A stretch of 61,352 nucleotides of DNA from Candidatus Tayloriibacteriota bacterium (GCA_943354385.1 CALRBR010000005.1:1-61352); one strand, 5' to 3'; numbered from the stretch's first letter, positions 40,037-50,927 are shown. The notes: generated from the sequence alone by a model not told the origin. Numbers and translations: made by a program.

Positions 40037-40800
40037 CTTAGGTTATTGAGAGTATTATTTGGCAAAACGTTCGTACTTCCTCCAGTTACTGGAGATCTGT
40101 TGTTTTGACTGGTCGAAGACGTGGCCGAGGTTCTCTGTGTTTGATTTGTCGATCCACTAGAATTAGTACTCTGGGTTGAAGTAGCAGTACCCGTTACCGA
40201 AGTGGTAGCGGTCGTTGTTCTAACAGCTTTATAGGAAACTACATTTGCAGCCAAAGATGCAGTAAAGTCAAAGTCGACTGTCCCCTCATTATTCACTGCA
40301 AGATTTGAAATTATCGGATCTTTAAAAATAAGGTTCTTCTTTGAAAAAATATCTGATTGGAGAGCTACCGACTTAAAATCACGACCCTCGCCCTTCATCG
40401 AAATAGTAATTTTTTCAGCTGAAACATATTTATAATCAAATGACTTGAAACGGACGCTCTGGAGTGTCAGTGTGCTGAGATTTTTAATAAAATCAGATAC
40501 AGCAATGTGTTTTGAAAGGATATCTTTTGCCGCATTGATCTGGGTGTTTTTTACCTGTATTTCGTTCAAGGTAGCTGGCTCAAAACGTTTCTCTTTTTCG
40601 CCAAGTTTTTTATCATTTTCAAGATTCGCCTTTTCCAACGTCTTTTCATACACATACACTCCAGCAGCAGAAGCCACAGAAGTCAAAAACAATATCAATG
40701 CGACTACGAAAAAAGCGCTCACTCGTACCGTGCTATGCACAGCATCACTACCTATGATAGGTTTTTTGGGGATAAACGATGTTTGAAATCTAGTATCCAT
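40033..40800 (-). CDS. pilN: PilN-like protein with Ser/Thr-rich tail
   Basis: TSFIPKK, TM and SVALQSD motifs. Synteny with pilM. Confidence 0.7.
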   Translation of the reverse strand: MDTRFQTSFIPKKPIIGSDAVHSTVRVSAFFVVALILFLTSVASAAGVYVYEKTLEKANLENDKKLGEKEKRFEPATLNEIQVKNTQINAAKDILSKHIAVSDFIKNLSTLTLQSVRFKSFDYKYVSAEKITISMKGEGRDFKSVALQSDIFSKKNLIFKDPIISNLAVNNEGTVDFDFTASLAANVVSYKAVRTTTATTSVTGTATSTQSTNSSGSTNQTQRTSATSSTSQNNRSPVTGGSTNVLPNNTLNNLR

Positions 40801-40836
40801 AACTTTACTTATTATACTATGTAGTTTTTTAAAATG

Positions 40837-41952
40837 CTATTCGATTTCTTGCAACTTTCTGAGAGCAATACCCATTGCTACTGCAAACTCTGGGCCAGCA
40901 TTCTTTAACACCTCTTCTAGAAACGCTGGAGTCTCCACTTTACCGAATGGATTTCCTAGCGATACCTCGGACTGCAAACTGCTTTTTGCCAATTCATCAA
41001 AACCCTTTAAAAGTACGCCACCGCCTGTTAAAATCACTTTTCCAATAGTTTTGTTATACTTTTTTTGGTAGTTTAGAAGCACCCGATTTGCCTCATAAAA
41101 AATAAAATCCAGGGTCAAAGAAATACTCTCAGAGAGGTCCTTCTTTTCAGGATTCTTTAGTCCATAGGTGCGCTTCATAGTTTCTGCTTCTGCTATAGTT
41201 ATCCCCAACGACTTTGATATAGCCAGGGTGATGTCCTGTGAACCTCTGCTAATCGTGTGAGAATTCTGCAACACCCCTCGCTCAATAATGTATAGCTTGG
41301 TCGAGCTTGCTCCCATATCAAAAATCATCTGTGACTGAATACCCTGATCGATAACAGACCGGATGGTACTAAAAATTTCAATCTCAAAAAATGACGCTTC
41401 CAGGATCGCTCGCTGACTGATATCCTGATATTTGGCAATAGCCTCATTATGAATAGCTACGACAAGCACATCCACCCCCTCGCGTTCTGGAGCTTTATTT
41501 TCTCCCGCAGGTGTATCTTGGAAATCCGGCTCTTCTTTTGGAATCACCCACCAATCGAGAGCCACCTCAGAAATAGGCACGGGGATGTATTTACGGGCTT
41601 CGATCGGAATCATTGTCGCCAAATCTTTTGGATCGATTAGTGGGAGTCTGATAAAGCTAATCAGACTCGCAGCTAGCGGAATAGAGATGCCACATTTTTT
41701 GGTATTGGTTTTTGATTCCTTAAGAATGTCGAGAAGTGCTTCAACAATCTTTTCTGTCGGCAAGCTGGTCGCACGACCGATCTCCACCCCTGCATACGGA
41801 CCGAGCGCTAGCTCACCATAGGTTTCGAGCACGGCTCGTCCCTTTTTCTTTTTGATTTGGACTACTTTGACCGATGATGAGCCAATATCAATACCCAAGA
41901 CACTTGGATCATTGCTACCGAACAGAGAAAAAAATTTTTGGAAAATACTCAT
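40837..41952 (-). CDS. pilM: Type IV pilus assembly protein PilM
   Basis: GIDIGSSSVK, EARKYIP, DMGASST, LTGGG and AMGIALR motifs. Start placed at MSIFQ. Confidence 0.93.
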   Translation of the reverse strand: MSIFQKFFSLFGSNDPSVLGIDIGSSSVKVVQIKKKKGRAVLETYGELALGPYAGVEIGRATSLPTEKIVEALLDILKESKTNTKKCGISIPLAASLISFIRLPLIDPKDLATMIPIEARKYIPVPISEVALDWWVIPKEEPDFQDTPAGENKAPEREGVDVLVVAIHNEAIAKYQDISQRAILEASFFEIEIFSTIRSVIDQGIQSQMIFDMGASSTKLYIIERGVLQNSHTISRGSQDITLAISKSLGITIAEAETMKRTYGLKNPEKKDLSESISLTLDFIFYEANRVLLNYQKKYNKTIGKVILTGGGVLLKGFDELAKSSLQSEVSLGNPFGKVETPAFLEEVLKNAGPEFAVAMGIALRKLQEIE

Positions 41953-41972
41953 ATAAAGACTATACTGATGTA

Positions 41973-42668
41973 GTGAAGTATACCACAAATCTTTTGAAAC
42001 ACGCACGGAATATCTCAGATTTACTACTAGAGCTTGTTTTTCCGAAAAGTCCCGAGCTAAAAGCACTCGAGGTACTATCTCCAAATGAATTCTTGAAAAA
42101 AGTCGAGCGATGTATCGGTACTGACAGTCCGGTAGTCGATGCGATTTTTCAATATCGCACACCATTTATGCGGGAAGCGATTTGGCAACTCAAATATCAT
42201 GGTAATAAAAAAATCGCAGGACTCCTCGCAGAGCATATGTATGAAGAAATGATTACCCTAGCCGGAGATGACTTTGAAAACGTGTCGGGAGATAACGCGC
42301 AGCAAATTTTCTTTCTCCCCATCCCCCTTTCTGTCAAAAGACGCAAAGAGAGAGGGTTCAATCAGGGAGAATTATTGTGTTCAGAAATAATTAAAATAGA
42401 TACGGCAAAAGTTTTCACTTATTCGCCAAAATGTCTCGAAAAAATAAAAGATATCCCGAGCCAGACCTCGATTTCAGATAGGCGGAAAAGAATTAAAAAT
42501 GTACGCGGGTGTTTTGAGGTGCCGGATGAAATGAAATCTGCTGTCCGAGGCAACACCTTCATCCTCATCGACGACGTGACTACAACAGGAAGCACACTTG
42601 AGGAAAGTCGACGAGCGCTACTGTCCGCGGGGGCTAGAAAGGTCATTTGTTTGGCGCTGGCTCATTAA
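41973..42668 (+). CDS. comF: ComF family competence protein (PRTase-like)
   Basis: LKY, RGFNQ and LIDDVTTTGSTL motifs. GTG start 6 nt after TATACT. Confidence 0.9.
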   Translation: MKYTTNLLKHARNISDLLLELVFPKSPELKALEVLSPNEFLKKVERCIGTDSPVVDAIFQYRTPFMREAIWQLKYHGNKKIAGLLAEHMYEEMITLAGDDFENVSGDNAQQIFFLPIPLSVKRRKERGFNQGELLCSEIIKIDTAKVFTYSPKCLEKIKDIPSQTSISDRRKRIKNVRGCFEVPDEMKSAVRGNTFILIDDVTTTGSTLEESRRALLSAGARKVICLALAH

Positions 42669-43100
42669 ATAGAATTTGCCTAGCTGGCGCACTTCTTTGT
42701 TGTTTCGTTCCGATGCTCCCTCACCCGATCTCGCGAAAGCGCGTCGCGTACCGTCCATTGAGTCGCGACGTTATGACTCGGTCGTTTCTCACTCACGCCT
42801 CGAATTGCATCCAGCTTGGCAAGTTCTATGACAATTACGATTTTTAGCATATTTGAAAAATGGCTCTATAGAAGCACGCTAAACGGCTAAACACTGTGTT
42901 TAGCCGTTTAGGTGGCTCAACTGAGCTACTCTAAAAATGAAATGGCTCTATAGAGCCATGTTCAAAGGCTCGAGGAGTGGAGACGACGAAGATAACGGGT
43001 CTAGTAAGACGCGTTACAAATGAGCTGCTTAGCCTTTGAAATGTAAGAAAACTGACGCTGGAAAAAAGTGCTTATCTATGTTACAGTGACCCGTACCCAC

Positions 43101-43189
43101 GGAGGGGTGTCAGAGTGGTCTAACGTACCTCTTTGCTAAAGAGGCAGGGGCTTTAAAACCCCTCGGGGGTTCGAATCCCCCCCCTTCCG
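43101..43189 (+). tRNA. tRNA-Ser(GCT)
   Basis: GGAGGGG acceptor, CCTCT-TTGCTAA-AGAGG anticodon arm, long variable arm, GGTTCGAATCC. Confidence 0.95.
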
Positions 43190-43238
43190 CAAAATCAAGC
43201 CTCTCCCATTATCTTCCCCTGTGGGGTACAATTACCCC

Positions 43239-45404
43239 ATGCATCCCCACAGCCCGATCACCGATCACTTCCGCCTCAATGAGTTTCAAAAAAAAGCTCT
43301 GGGGAAGCTCGGCATACATACCCCGTTTGACATGCTCTATCATTTCCCCGTACGCTATGGTAACACGTCGGATATGAAAAATATCGCCAGCCTGACCAAG
43401 GGAGAGACGGCCGTCATTTTTGGAAAGATTAGTGACCTCAAAATGAGCAAGGGATTTAAAAGTAAAATCCCGATGGCTGACGGTATGATCGAGGATGATA
43501 CGGGAAAAATAAAAGCAGTGTGGTTCAATCAACCCTATCTCGCCAAAATGACTGCCGAGGGTGCGCTCGTGCGAGTCGAAGGCAAAGTTTCCGAAAGAAA
43601 AAAGACTGGCGAGCTCTACTTGAGCAACCCAAAAATAGAAGTGGTCGGCAAGCTACCGGTCGGCGTAGGCGACTCTCTTTTTGGAGCCGACAAAGAGGCA
43701 CACACCCTCTATCCGGTCTATCCTGAAAGTCGTGGCGTCACTTCCAATTGGCTCTTCCACGGCATACAAAAAGTTTTCCGCTCGGGTTTACTCGACACCC
43801 TCACCGACCCGATCCCCGAAGAAATTCTGAAAAAATACAACCTCCCATCGCTCCGGAGTGCGCTCATTTGGATTCATGCGCCCCTGAAAAATGAAGATGC
43901 GCAGTCGGCCCGCAAACGTTTTGCCTTTGAAGAAATCTTTTTTATCCAACTCGAAAAGCAACACACTCGTCGAGAATATCAAAAACAAAAAGCCTTTGTC
44001 ATCGAGCCGTCAGCCGAGTCCGTCGGACAGTTTGTCTCACGATTCCCTTTTCAGTCTACCGAAGCACAGAAAAAAGCCATAGATGCCATACTCGCTGATT
44101 TTAAAAAGGGTCACGCCATGTCGCGCCTCCTCGAAGGAGATGTGGGCTCAGGCAAAACTGCCGTGGCTGCGACCAGTGCCTATGCGACTATCACCAGCAA
44201 GCCTGTGGGCCGACAATACGGTCATCTCCAAGTCGCCTACATGTGCCCGACCGAAATCCTCGCCAGTCAGCATTTCGAATCATTCATCGAATATTTTGCG
44301 TACCTCAATATTTCTGTCGGACTCGTGACCGGCTCCGGCTGTCGTAAGTTTCCATCCAAACTCAACCCAAAAGGCTGGACAGATATTTCAAAAGCGCAGA
44401 TACTCAAATGGGTGGCCTCTGGTGATATTCCCATACTGATCGGTACGCACGCACTCATTCAAAAGTCAGTAAAATTTAAACATCTAGCCTACGTGATCAT
44501 CGACGAACAACACAGATTTGGAACCGCTCAAAGACAAAAACTTGTTACCAAGGAAGGCCTCGCTCCGCATTTACTTTCAATGACCGCGACGCCTATTCCT
44601 CGCACACTCGCCCTCACTATGTATGGCGACCTCGACCTCACCCTACTCGACCAAATGCCTCATGGGCGCAAGCCGATTATTACTGAAATTGTATTACCCG
44701 ATCAGCGCACTCAGATGTATGAGAAAATTCGTGACGAGCTACAGACTGGCCGCCAGGCATATATTATTTGCCCACGCATAGACGAGCCCGACCCTACCAA
44801 AGAAATGGCCCTGATGGCAAAATCAGTAAAAGAGGAAGCCAAGCAACTCAAAGCCAAAGTTTTTCCAGAATACGAAATAGGTGTTCTCCACAGCAAAATG
44901 AATGACAAAGACAAAGAGCAAGTGATGCTTGATTTTAAGGCGGGAAAAATAGATATCCTGTGTGCCACATCAGTCGTAGAAGTGGGAGTAAACGTGCCAA
45001 ATGCGACCGTGATCGTGATCGAGGGTGCTGAGAGATTTGGTCTCGCTCAGCTTCACCAGCTCAGAGGGCGAGTGATACGAAGCAATCATCAAGCCTATTG
45101 TTTTGTGTATGCCGAAAGTGCAGGAGAAAAAACGAGGGACCGCCTACACGCATTAAAAACTGCCAAAAATGGTTTCGAGCTGGCTGAATACGACCTCAAA
45201 TTTCGTGGCGCTGGAGAACTTTCAGGGATGAAGCAATGGGGGGTGTCTGATATTGCCATGGAAGCTCTGCAAAATCTAAAAATGGTGGAGGCGGCTCGTA
45301 CCGAGGCAAATCGTCTCCTTGATATAGATGAGTCGCTGGCGGGATTCCCTCTCATCAGAAAATATCTTACTGAAAGATCCGCCGAAAAAATCCATTTTGA
45401 ATAG
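43239..45404 (+). CDS. recG: ATP-dependent DNA helicase RecG
   Basis: GDVGSGKT, DEQHRFG, MTATPIPRT and QLHQLRGRV motifs. Confidence 0.97.
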   Translation: MHPHSPITDHFRLNEFQKKALGKLGIHTPFDMLYHFPVRYGNTSDMKNIASLTKGETAVIFGKISDLKMSKGFKSKIPMADGMIEDDTGKIKAVWFNQPYLAKMTAEGALVRVEGKVSERKKTGELYLSNPKIEVVGKLPVGVGDSLFGADKEAHTLYPVYPESRGVTSNWLFHGIQKVFRSGLLDTLTDPIPEEILKKYNLPSLRSALIWIHAPLKNEDAQSARKRFAFEEIFFIQLEKQHTRREYQKQKAFVIEPSAESVGQFVSRFPFQSTEAQKKAIDAILADFKKGHAMSRLLEGDVGSGKTAVAATSAYATITSKPVGRQYGHLQVAYMCPTEILASQHFESFIEYFAYLNISVGLVTGSGCRKFPSKLNPKGWTDISKAQILKWVASGDIPILIGTHALIQKSVKFKHLAYVIIDEQHRFGTAQRQKLVTKEGLAPHLLSMTATPIPRTLALTMYGDLDLTLLDQMPHGRKPIITEIVLPDQRTQMYEKIRDELQTGRQAYIICPRIDEPDPTKEMALMAKSVKEEAKQLKAKVFPEYEIGVLHSKMNDKDKEQVMLDFKAGKIDILCATSVVEVGVNVPNATVIVIEGAERFGLAQLHQLRGRVIRSNHQAYCFVYAESAGEKTRDRLHALKTAKNGFELAEYDLKFRGAGELSGMKQWGVSDIAMEALQNLKMVEAARTEANRLLDIDESLAGFPLIRKYLTERSAEKIHFE

Positions 45405-45455
45405 TATCGGTGGTTTTTTATCAAAAAATAGGGTACGCTAGTGGAGTAATGCAAC

Positions 45456-45529
45456 GCGCCCTTAGCTCAGTTGGTTAGAGCACAGAGCTTATACCTCTGG
45501 GGTCCTTGGTTCGAATCCAAGAGGGCGCA
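45456..45529 (+). tRNA. tRNA-Ile(TAT)
   Basis: GCGCCCT/AGGGCGC acceptor with A73, CAGAG-CTTATAC-CTCTG anticodon arm, GGTTCGAATCC. Confidence 0.9.
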
Positions 45530-45749
45530 CAGATCATCGAATAATCTCGAATTACTCGGTTTATTAAACGGCTCCACAGACTTGTTGAGCCGTTTAATGT
45601 GCCTTAGAATGTAGGTTTTTGTAAAATAGGCCTGTGAGACTAACTAGAACCGCTCTTGCTAGGTTTCTATTAAATGGAGAAATAAAAAAATGGCACACAC
45701 AGGGCGGCCATTGGGGCTGGGTTGAGCGACTGAGCTGTTTTTTGATCTG

Positions 45750-46208
45750 TCAGTTCTGATCCCGTCGCACCTGTTCGACGAACCGGATCCACCCTTGGAC
45801 CTCGGACTCCCATCTTTCGTCGGGAAAGTCTTCAAGATGCTTGTTTAAGATTCTAGAAAATTCGCCTAAGATGGCGATCGCCGTAGGGTGGTCCCAGCTA
45901 GCGTTGAAGTTTTCTTGCTTCCAGTCGGTAACGCTTTCGAACGATTCCCGACATCGGCCACGGGATATTTCGATCGTCCCGAGGACTGCCCGTATCTTTG
46001 TTGCGAGTGGCTTCGGGCTGTTGAGATACCGCTTCTCTAGTGTTTTCCGGATCGCCGTCTCTGATGGGAACGCGAGCTTGGTGAAGCAGAAGACCGTTCC
46101 GATCCATAGAATGTGGCTGATCCAATTCGGAAACAGCCCCTCGTTGTTCCGAAACACCGGCAAGATCATCATGCATACATAACCGCCCACCACGTAGTTG
46201 GTTCTCAT
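45750..46208 (-). CDS. Hypothetical membrane-anchored protein, visibly GC-richer than its neighbours
   Basis: 152-aa ORF with ATG start and an N-terminal hydrophobic segment. Confidence 0.55.
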   Translation of the reverse strand: MRTNYVVGGYVCMMILPVFRNNEGLFPNWISHILWIGTVFCFTKLAFPSETAIRKTLEKRYLNSPKPLATKIRAVLGTIEISRGRCRESFESVTDWKQENFNASWDHPTAIAILGEFSRILNKHLEDFPDERWESEVQGWIRFVEQVRRDQN

Positions 46209-46337
46209 ATGTTTTTCCTGTAAAGCTGTGCGATGTCTACTGTCTGGAGACCATTCTAATCCTTCAGGTCGATTAAATCAAGGACTAAGTGGGTCGGGTA
46301 CCTCTATTTCCTCTGTTTTATAGGAATTATTAACTCA

Positions 46338-46658
46338 TCACAACTGATCAATCTTGGCTGCCAAAATAAAATCGTTCTCTGTGAGGCCTTTTACCGAGTG
46401 AGTAAAAAGAGTAATCACCACCTTTCCCCATGACAAGAGAATATCTGGATGATGCCCTTCTGACTCGGCGAGATCCGCCACTTCATTTACAAATGCCCAG
46501 GCCATTTTAAAATCTGGAAATGTGTATACCTTTTTAAGATGAGAATCATCAATCACCTTCCATAATACAAGCTGTTTCAAACCCTCTTCCACCTGCTCTT
46601 TCGTAAAGGCTTTGGTACCTTTTTCACACGGAACACATTTTTTATTGATTAGTGACAT
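46338..46658 (-). CDS. Pterin-4-alpha-carbinolamine dehydratase
   Basis: CVPC, AE.EGHHPDI and THSV.GLTENDF.LAAKID motifs. Confidence 0.95.
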   Translation of the reverse strand: MSLINKKCVPCEKGTKAFTKEQVEEGLKQLVLWKVIDDSHLKKVYTFPDFKMAWAFVNEVADLAESEGHHPDILLSWGKVVITLFTHSVKGLTENDFILAAKIDQL

Positions 46659-46890
46659 AGTTTTATAGTCTTAATTTTCCACTCTCACCTTTTCCCCCGA
46701 AAATTGCAGTAGCAATTTTCGGAAATGAATTATTCTCCCTTTCCTAAAGGGAGCAGGCTCCAGGCCGAGGGATTTATTATTCCTCCTTTCTCAAAGAAAG
46801 TGCTATGTGGAGAGCTGAGGATTTCAAATCTCAAGAAAATCCCTCCTTCACAGTAGTGAAGTGCTCCCTTTACAAAGGGAGAATAATTCT

Positions 46891-48831
46891 CTAACCCTGA
46901 TGCTCAATATCCAACTTCTTTTTCGGAATAATTCCGAACGCGATAATTATTTTCTCATATTCCTCTCGTTCAATATTTTCTACCTCGATCAGTTTTGTTG
47001 CAATCGCATCGAGCGCCTTGCGATGTGTCGTGATAATATCCTCCGCCTTTTTCAAAGCTTCACTCATAATCCGTGACACCTCCGCATCAATATCGGCACT
47101 CACCTTTTCAGAATACTCTTTGTCATCTAACCCTCGGCCAAAAAGCGCTCTTCCGCCGGCTCCTTCGAGAGCAAGAGCGCCGATCTTATCCGACATGCCG
47201 TATTTGGTCACCATATCTCGAGCTAGCGCAGTAGAAACTTGTAAATCATTTGATGGGCCAGTGGTCACATCATTGAAAATCATTTTCTCCGTCACGTAGC
47301 CCCCGAGAGACATGGCGATATCATCGAGAAATTCCCGCTTTGACTGGAGCTTTCGATCCTCAAGTGGCAGTTTCAAAGTATACCCCGCAGCCCGACCGCG
47401 AGAGATAATAGATATCTTATGTACTGGATCAGCGTACGGCAAAACAGACGCCACGAGCGCATGTCCCGCCTCATGATACGCAGTAATCTCTTTTTCTTTT
47501 TTCGACAAAATATGACTCTTACGCTCCGGACCGAGCATGACCTTTTCTATCGAGCGAATGAGGTCGTATTGAGCCACTTTGGTACGGTCCTCTCGAGCGG
47601 CAAGAATAGCCGCTTCGTTCATAAGCGAGTAAAGATCGGCACCGGAAAAGCCTGGTGTTCTTTCAGCGAGCACCGAAAGATTGACGTTCTCAGCAAATGG
47701 CTTCAGTCTCGCATGTATTTTCAAAATCTCCTCACGATCTTTGCGGTCAGGTAGGTCTATAGTAACTCGTCTGTCAAATCGTCCCGGGCGAAGTAGCGCT
47801 GGGTCCAAAACATCAGGACGGTTCGTCGCAGCCATCACAATCACTTTTTCGTTTGGTTCAAAGCCGTCCATCTCCACTAGTATCTGGTTTAAAGTCTGCT
47901 CTCGCTCGTCATTGCCTCCACCCACCCCTGTACCTCGTACTCGCCCGACAGCATCTATTTCATCTACAAAAATAATAGCGGGAGCAGTCTGCTTTGCAAG
48001 TTTAAAAAGATCTCGTACTCGAGACGCACCGACACCCACAAACATTTCCACGAACTCTGATCCGGAAATAGAAAAGAAAGCTACATTGGCCTCCCCCGCT
48101 ACTGCTCGAGCGAGCAACGTCTTGCCAGTACCTGGTGCACCCATAAGTAGAATACCTTTTGGAATACGTGCACCGATATCGAGAAACTTTTTAGGATTTT
48201 TCAGGAAGTCAACAATTTCTGAAAGCTCCTGCTTGGCTTCTTTTGCGCCAGCCACATCTGAAAATGTCACTCGTTGCTTTTTATCGTCCGGCATTGTGAC
48301 ACGAGCCTTTGACTGACCGAAAGAGAAAGCCTGCATCCCTGCCCCTCGTGCCTGACGAGTCATAAACCACAATATCGTGCCGATCAGAATTACAGGAAGG
48401 AGAAATGGCAAAATATTTACAAGAAATACAAAAAAACCTGACGGTGATTTTACCTCAATCTTTACTGCCGAAAGTTTTGTCTGAGGCACACCATAGTTCA
48501 CCAATGTTTGTGATAAAGCAGTACTATCTTCTTTTTTAGATTCTTTGTGTACTGCGTCTTTGATATATTCGATGTCGAGAGTATCACCTTCAACAGTTAC
48601 TTTCGAAACAAGCCCAGCAGAGATGTCTGAGGCTAGTTCAGAAACAGAAATCACGGATTTCGAAGATTGGCTGTCTGCGATGACAGAATAAGAAGCGATA
48701 ATAAAAAGAAAAATAACAATAAACTGGATTACCGTAGCAGTCGGACCATTCTTAGGGATAAAACTTTTACGACCTTTTTTGAGACCCTTTCCAGCTTTCG
48801 TACTCAATATTTTTTTCTTAAATAGTTCCAT
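46891..48831 (-). CDS. ftsH: ATP-dependent zinc metalloprotease FtsH
   Basis: Two TMs, GAPGTGKT, the second region of homology (SRH) and HEAGH. Confidence 0.98.
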   Translation of the reverse strand: MELFKKKILSTKAGKGLKKGRKSFIPKNGPTATVIQFIVIFLFIIASYSVIADSQSSKSVISVSELASDISAGLVSKVTVEGDTLDIEYIKDAVHKESKKEDSTALSQTLVNYGVPQTKLSAVKIEVKSPSGFFVFLVNILPFLLPVILIGTILWFMTRQARGAGMQAFSFGQSKARVTMPDDKKQRVTFSDVAGAKEAKQELSEIVDFLKNPKKFLDIGARIPKGILLMGAPGTGKTLLARAVAGEANVAFFSISGSEFVEMFVGVGASRVRDLFKLAKQTAPAIIFVDEIDAVGRVRGTGVGGGNDEREQTLNQILVEMDGFEPNEKVIVMAATNRPDVLDPALLRPGRFDRRVTIDLPDRKDREEILKIHARLKPFAENVNLSVLAERTPGFSGADLYSLMNEAAILAAREDRTKVAQYDLIRSIEKVMLGPERKSHILSKKEKEITAYHEAGHALVASVLPYADPVHKISIISRGRAAGYTLKLPLEDRKLQSKREFLDDIAMSLGGYVTEKMIFNDVTTGPSNDLQVSTALARDMVTKYGMSDKIGALALEGAGGRALFGRGLDDKEYSEKVSADIDAEVSRIMSEALKKAEDIITTHRKALDAIATKLIEVENIEREEYEKIIIAFGIIPKKKLDIEHQG

Positions 48832-48910
48832 AGAAAGGCATTGTAGCACAAAAAAACCGTCTCGTCTGCACTACTCGATAATACTATTTGAAATGTGTTA
48901 GTATAGACAA

Positions 48911-49357
48911 ATGGCGCCACTAATCCAAAACCGAAAAGTCTTTTTTAACTACGAAGTACTCGAGAAAATCGAGGCGGGTATCGAGCTGATCGGTATTGAA
49001 GTAAAATCACTAAGGGCAGGGCAAGGCGCTCTCGATGGGACACATATTACCATCCGAGGAGGTGAAGCCTACCTGATCGGCATGGACATACCCGCATACC
49101 AGCCTAAAAATACTCCCGCAGACTACAATCCAAAGCGTAATCGCCGGCTTTTGCTTACAAAGAAAGAGTTAGCAGACCTCTCCGGAAAGGAGTCAGCACG
49201 TGGCTTGACATTAGTACCCATCTCGGTGTATAATAAGGGTAGAAGTCTCAAGATGGAGATTGCTATCGTTCGGGGTAAAAAGAAGTTTGATAAACGCGAG
49301 AGTACAAAAAAACGCGAGACCGAACGAGAAATGCGGAGAACATTGAAAGGAGAATAA
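48911..49357 (+). CDS. smpB: SsrA-binding protein
   Basis: EAGIELIG.EVKS, R.RRLLL and GKK.FDKRE motifs. Adjacent to tmRNA. Confidence 0.97.
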   Translation: MAPLIQNRKVFFNYEVLEKIEAGIELIGIEVKSLRAGQGALDGTHITIRGGEAYLIGMDIPAYQPKNTPADYNPKRNRRLLLTKKELADLSGKESARGLTLVPISVYNKGRSLKMEIAIVRGKKKFDKRESTKKRETEREMRRTLKGE

Positions 49358-49376
49358 TCGTACAAGTAGTACACAT

Positions 49377-49778
49377 GGGGATGATCGGCCTAGACAGGAG
49401 ATTTCCGTATTTGTGTGCAATGCGGAGCACCGTTAACTCCTAAATCTGACGGAAATCGTAACTGCAAAAACAGTTGCTAAAGCAAAGGCTGTTGTGTCTC
49501 CATTCTATGGAGCCAACAACTTCGCTTTCGCTTACGCAAACGCCTAAGCGACATTGATCGAGCCTTCTCCACGGGGTTTGAATCGGTGTTATATTGTGGA
49601 TTAGAATATATCCCCTTCCCGAGATATGTTCGAAACTAAGGGAATCGGCATTCGTGAGTTTTGCTCATTCTATATCACGAGTTCCTAAATCTGCTCACGC
49701 AGGAAAAATAAGCTACGCATTGTAGACTCACTGATACTCATTTCTTGCACCCGAGTTCGATTCTCGGCATCTCCACCA
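49377..49778 (+). ncRNA. ssrA: tmRNA
   Basis: GGGGATG...CATCTCCACCA alanyl acceptor with G3-U, T-arm CCGAGTTCGATTCTCGG, and tag ORF at 49464-49547 after TAACT. Confidence 0.95.
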
Positions 49779-50189
49779 CTTCGAAATAACTCGCCAGTAT
49801 TCCTGGAGAGTTATTTCTTATGTTTCGATAAATCCCAATAATAATTGACGTCGTGAACAAAGAAAGACTCTCAATCATCACCGAGAAGTGGTAGGACTCC
49901 GCGTAGTACCAATGTAGCGGAGTATCGCACACAGACGCGAAGCGTTCCATTCAATCCATCATTGCCCAAATGGGTTTCCCAGGTGTTCGATAGCGAAGCG
50001 TCCCGGCGTCTCAATAAAATCAGTCAAAATTCTATAAGGTTGCTTCGCTCTATTGGCCTTGGCCGAAGAGAGTACTTCGTTCCGCTCGATTTACATCGTC
50101 GACTTGCTCCTTATAAATCGGCACCCATTGCTTAAAAAAGCCCAATATGCTATAATTCTAAGCCTAAAAGAGTAATAACCCAGCCACCA

Positions 50190-50702
50190 TTGAGTAACCT
50201 AAAAACAAGGATAAATCATCAAATCAGGGCCGTAGAATTGCGTGTTATAGGCCCCGACGGTGTTAATTTAGGAGTTATCACTCTTTCCCAAGCACTTGAA
50301 AAAGCGAATAGCCTAGGACTCGATCTCATCGAAGTTTCACCCAATGCCACTCCACCGATTGCAAAAATCATGGATTATGGTAAATTTCAGTACGACGAGA
50401 AAAAGAAACTCCGTAGTGCCAAAGCCAAATCACACACTACAGAAGTCAAAAATGTACAGGTGAAAATAGGCACGGGTGACCATGATTTAAATCTGAAAGC
50501 ACGAAAAGCTTCAGAGTGGCTCAAGGAGGGTCATCGTGTAAAAATCGACTTGTTTTTGACCGGAAGATCCAAGTACATGGATATCAAGTTTCTCAAGGAA
50601 CGTCTCGACCGAATATTGGTCCTCATTACCGAGCAATACAAAATCGCTGATGCACCGACAAAGAGCTTGAAGGGATTAACGACAGTCATAGAAAAAGCAT
50701 AA
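50190..50702 (+). CDS. infC: Translation initiation factor IF-3
   Basis: RIN..IR, DLIEVSP.A.PP.AKIMDYGK motifs. Non-AUG (TTG) start. Confidence 0.96.
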   Translation: MSNLKTRINHQIRAVELRVIGPDGVNLGVITLSQALEKANSLGLDLIEVSPNATPPIAKIMDYGKFQYDEKKKLRSAKAKSHTTEVKNVQVKIGTGDHDLNLKARKASEWLKEGHRVKIDLFLTGRSKYMDIKFLKERLDRILVLITEQYKIADAPTKSLKGLTTVIEKA

Positions 50703-50709
50703 TAATTAT

Positions 50710-50898
50710 ATGAAAACAAATAAATCATACTCAAAGCGTCTCAAGGTGACGCGCACAGGCAAAATTTTGGCTCGAGGAACTGGTCAAAACCATTTCAACT
50801 CAAAAGAGAGTCGCCGGTCACAGCTTCACAAAAAACGATCAGTGCCTTTCCATATGAGTAATAAGGAAAAGAGTCGATTCATCAACAGCGCTATCTAA
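50710..50898 (+). CDS. rpmI: 50S ribosomal protein L35
   Basis: MKTNKS..KRLKVT.TGK motif, in the infC operon. Confidence 0.93.
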   Translation: MKTNKSYSKRLKVTRTGKILARGTGQNHFNSKESRRSQLHKKRSVPFHMSNKEKSRFINSAI

Positions 50899-50927
50899 AT
50901 CAGTTTATATACATTTAAAATACACAC

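Noticed and set aside
41953-42165. N-terminal extension of pilM, and of comF from 41874
   Set aside because: The extensions would overlap each other head-to-head, and homology begins at the internal starts.
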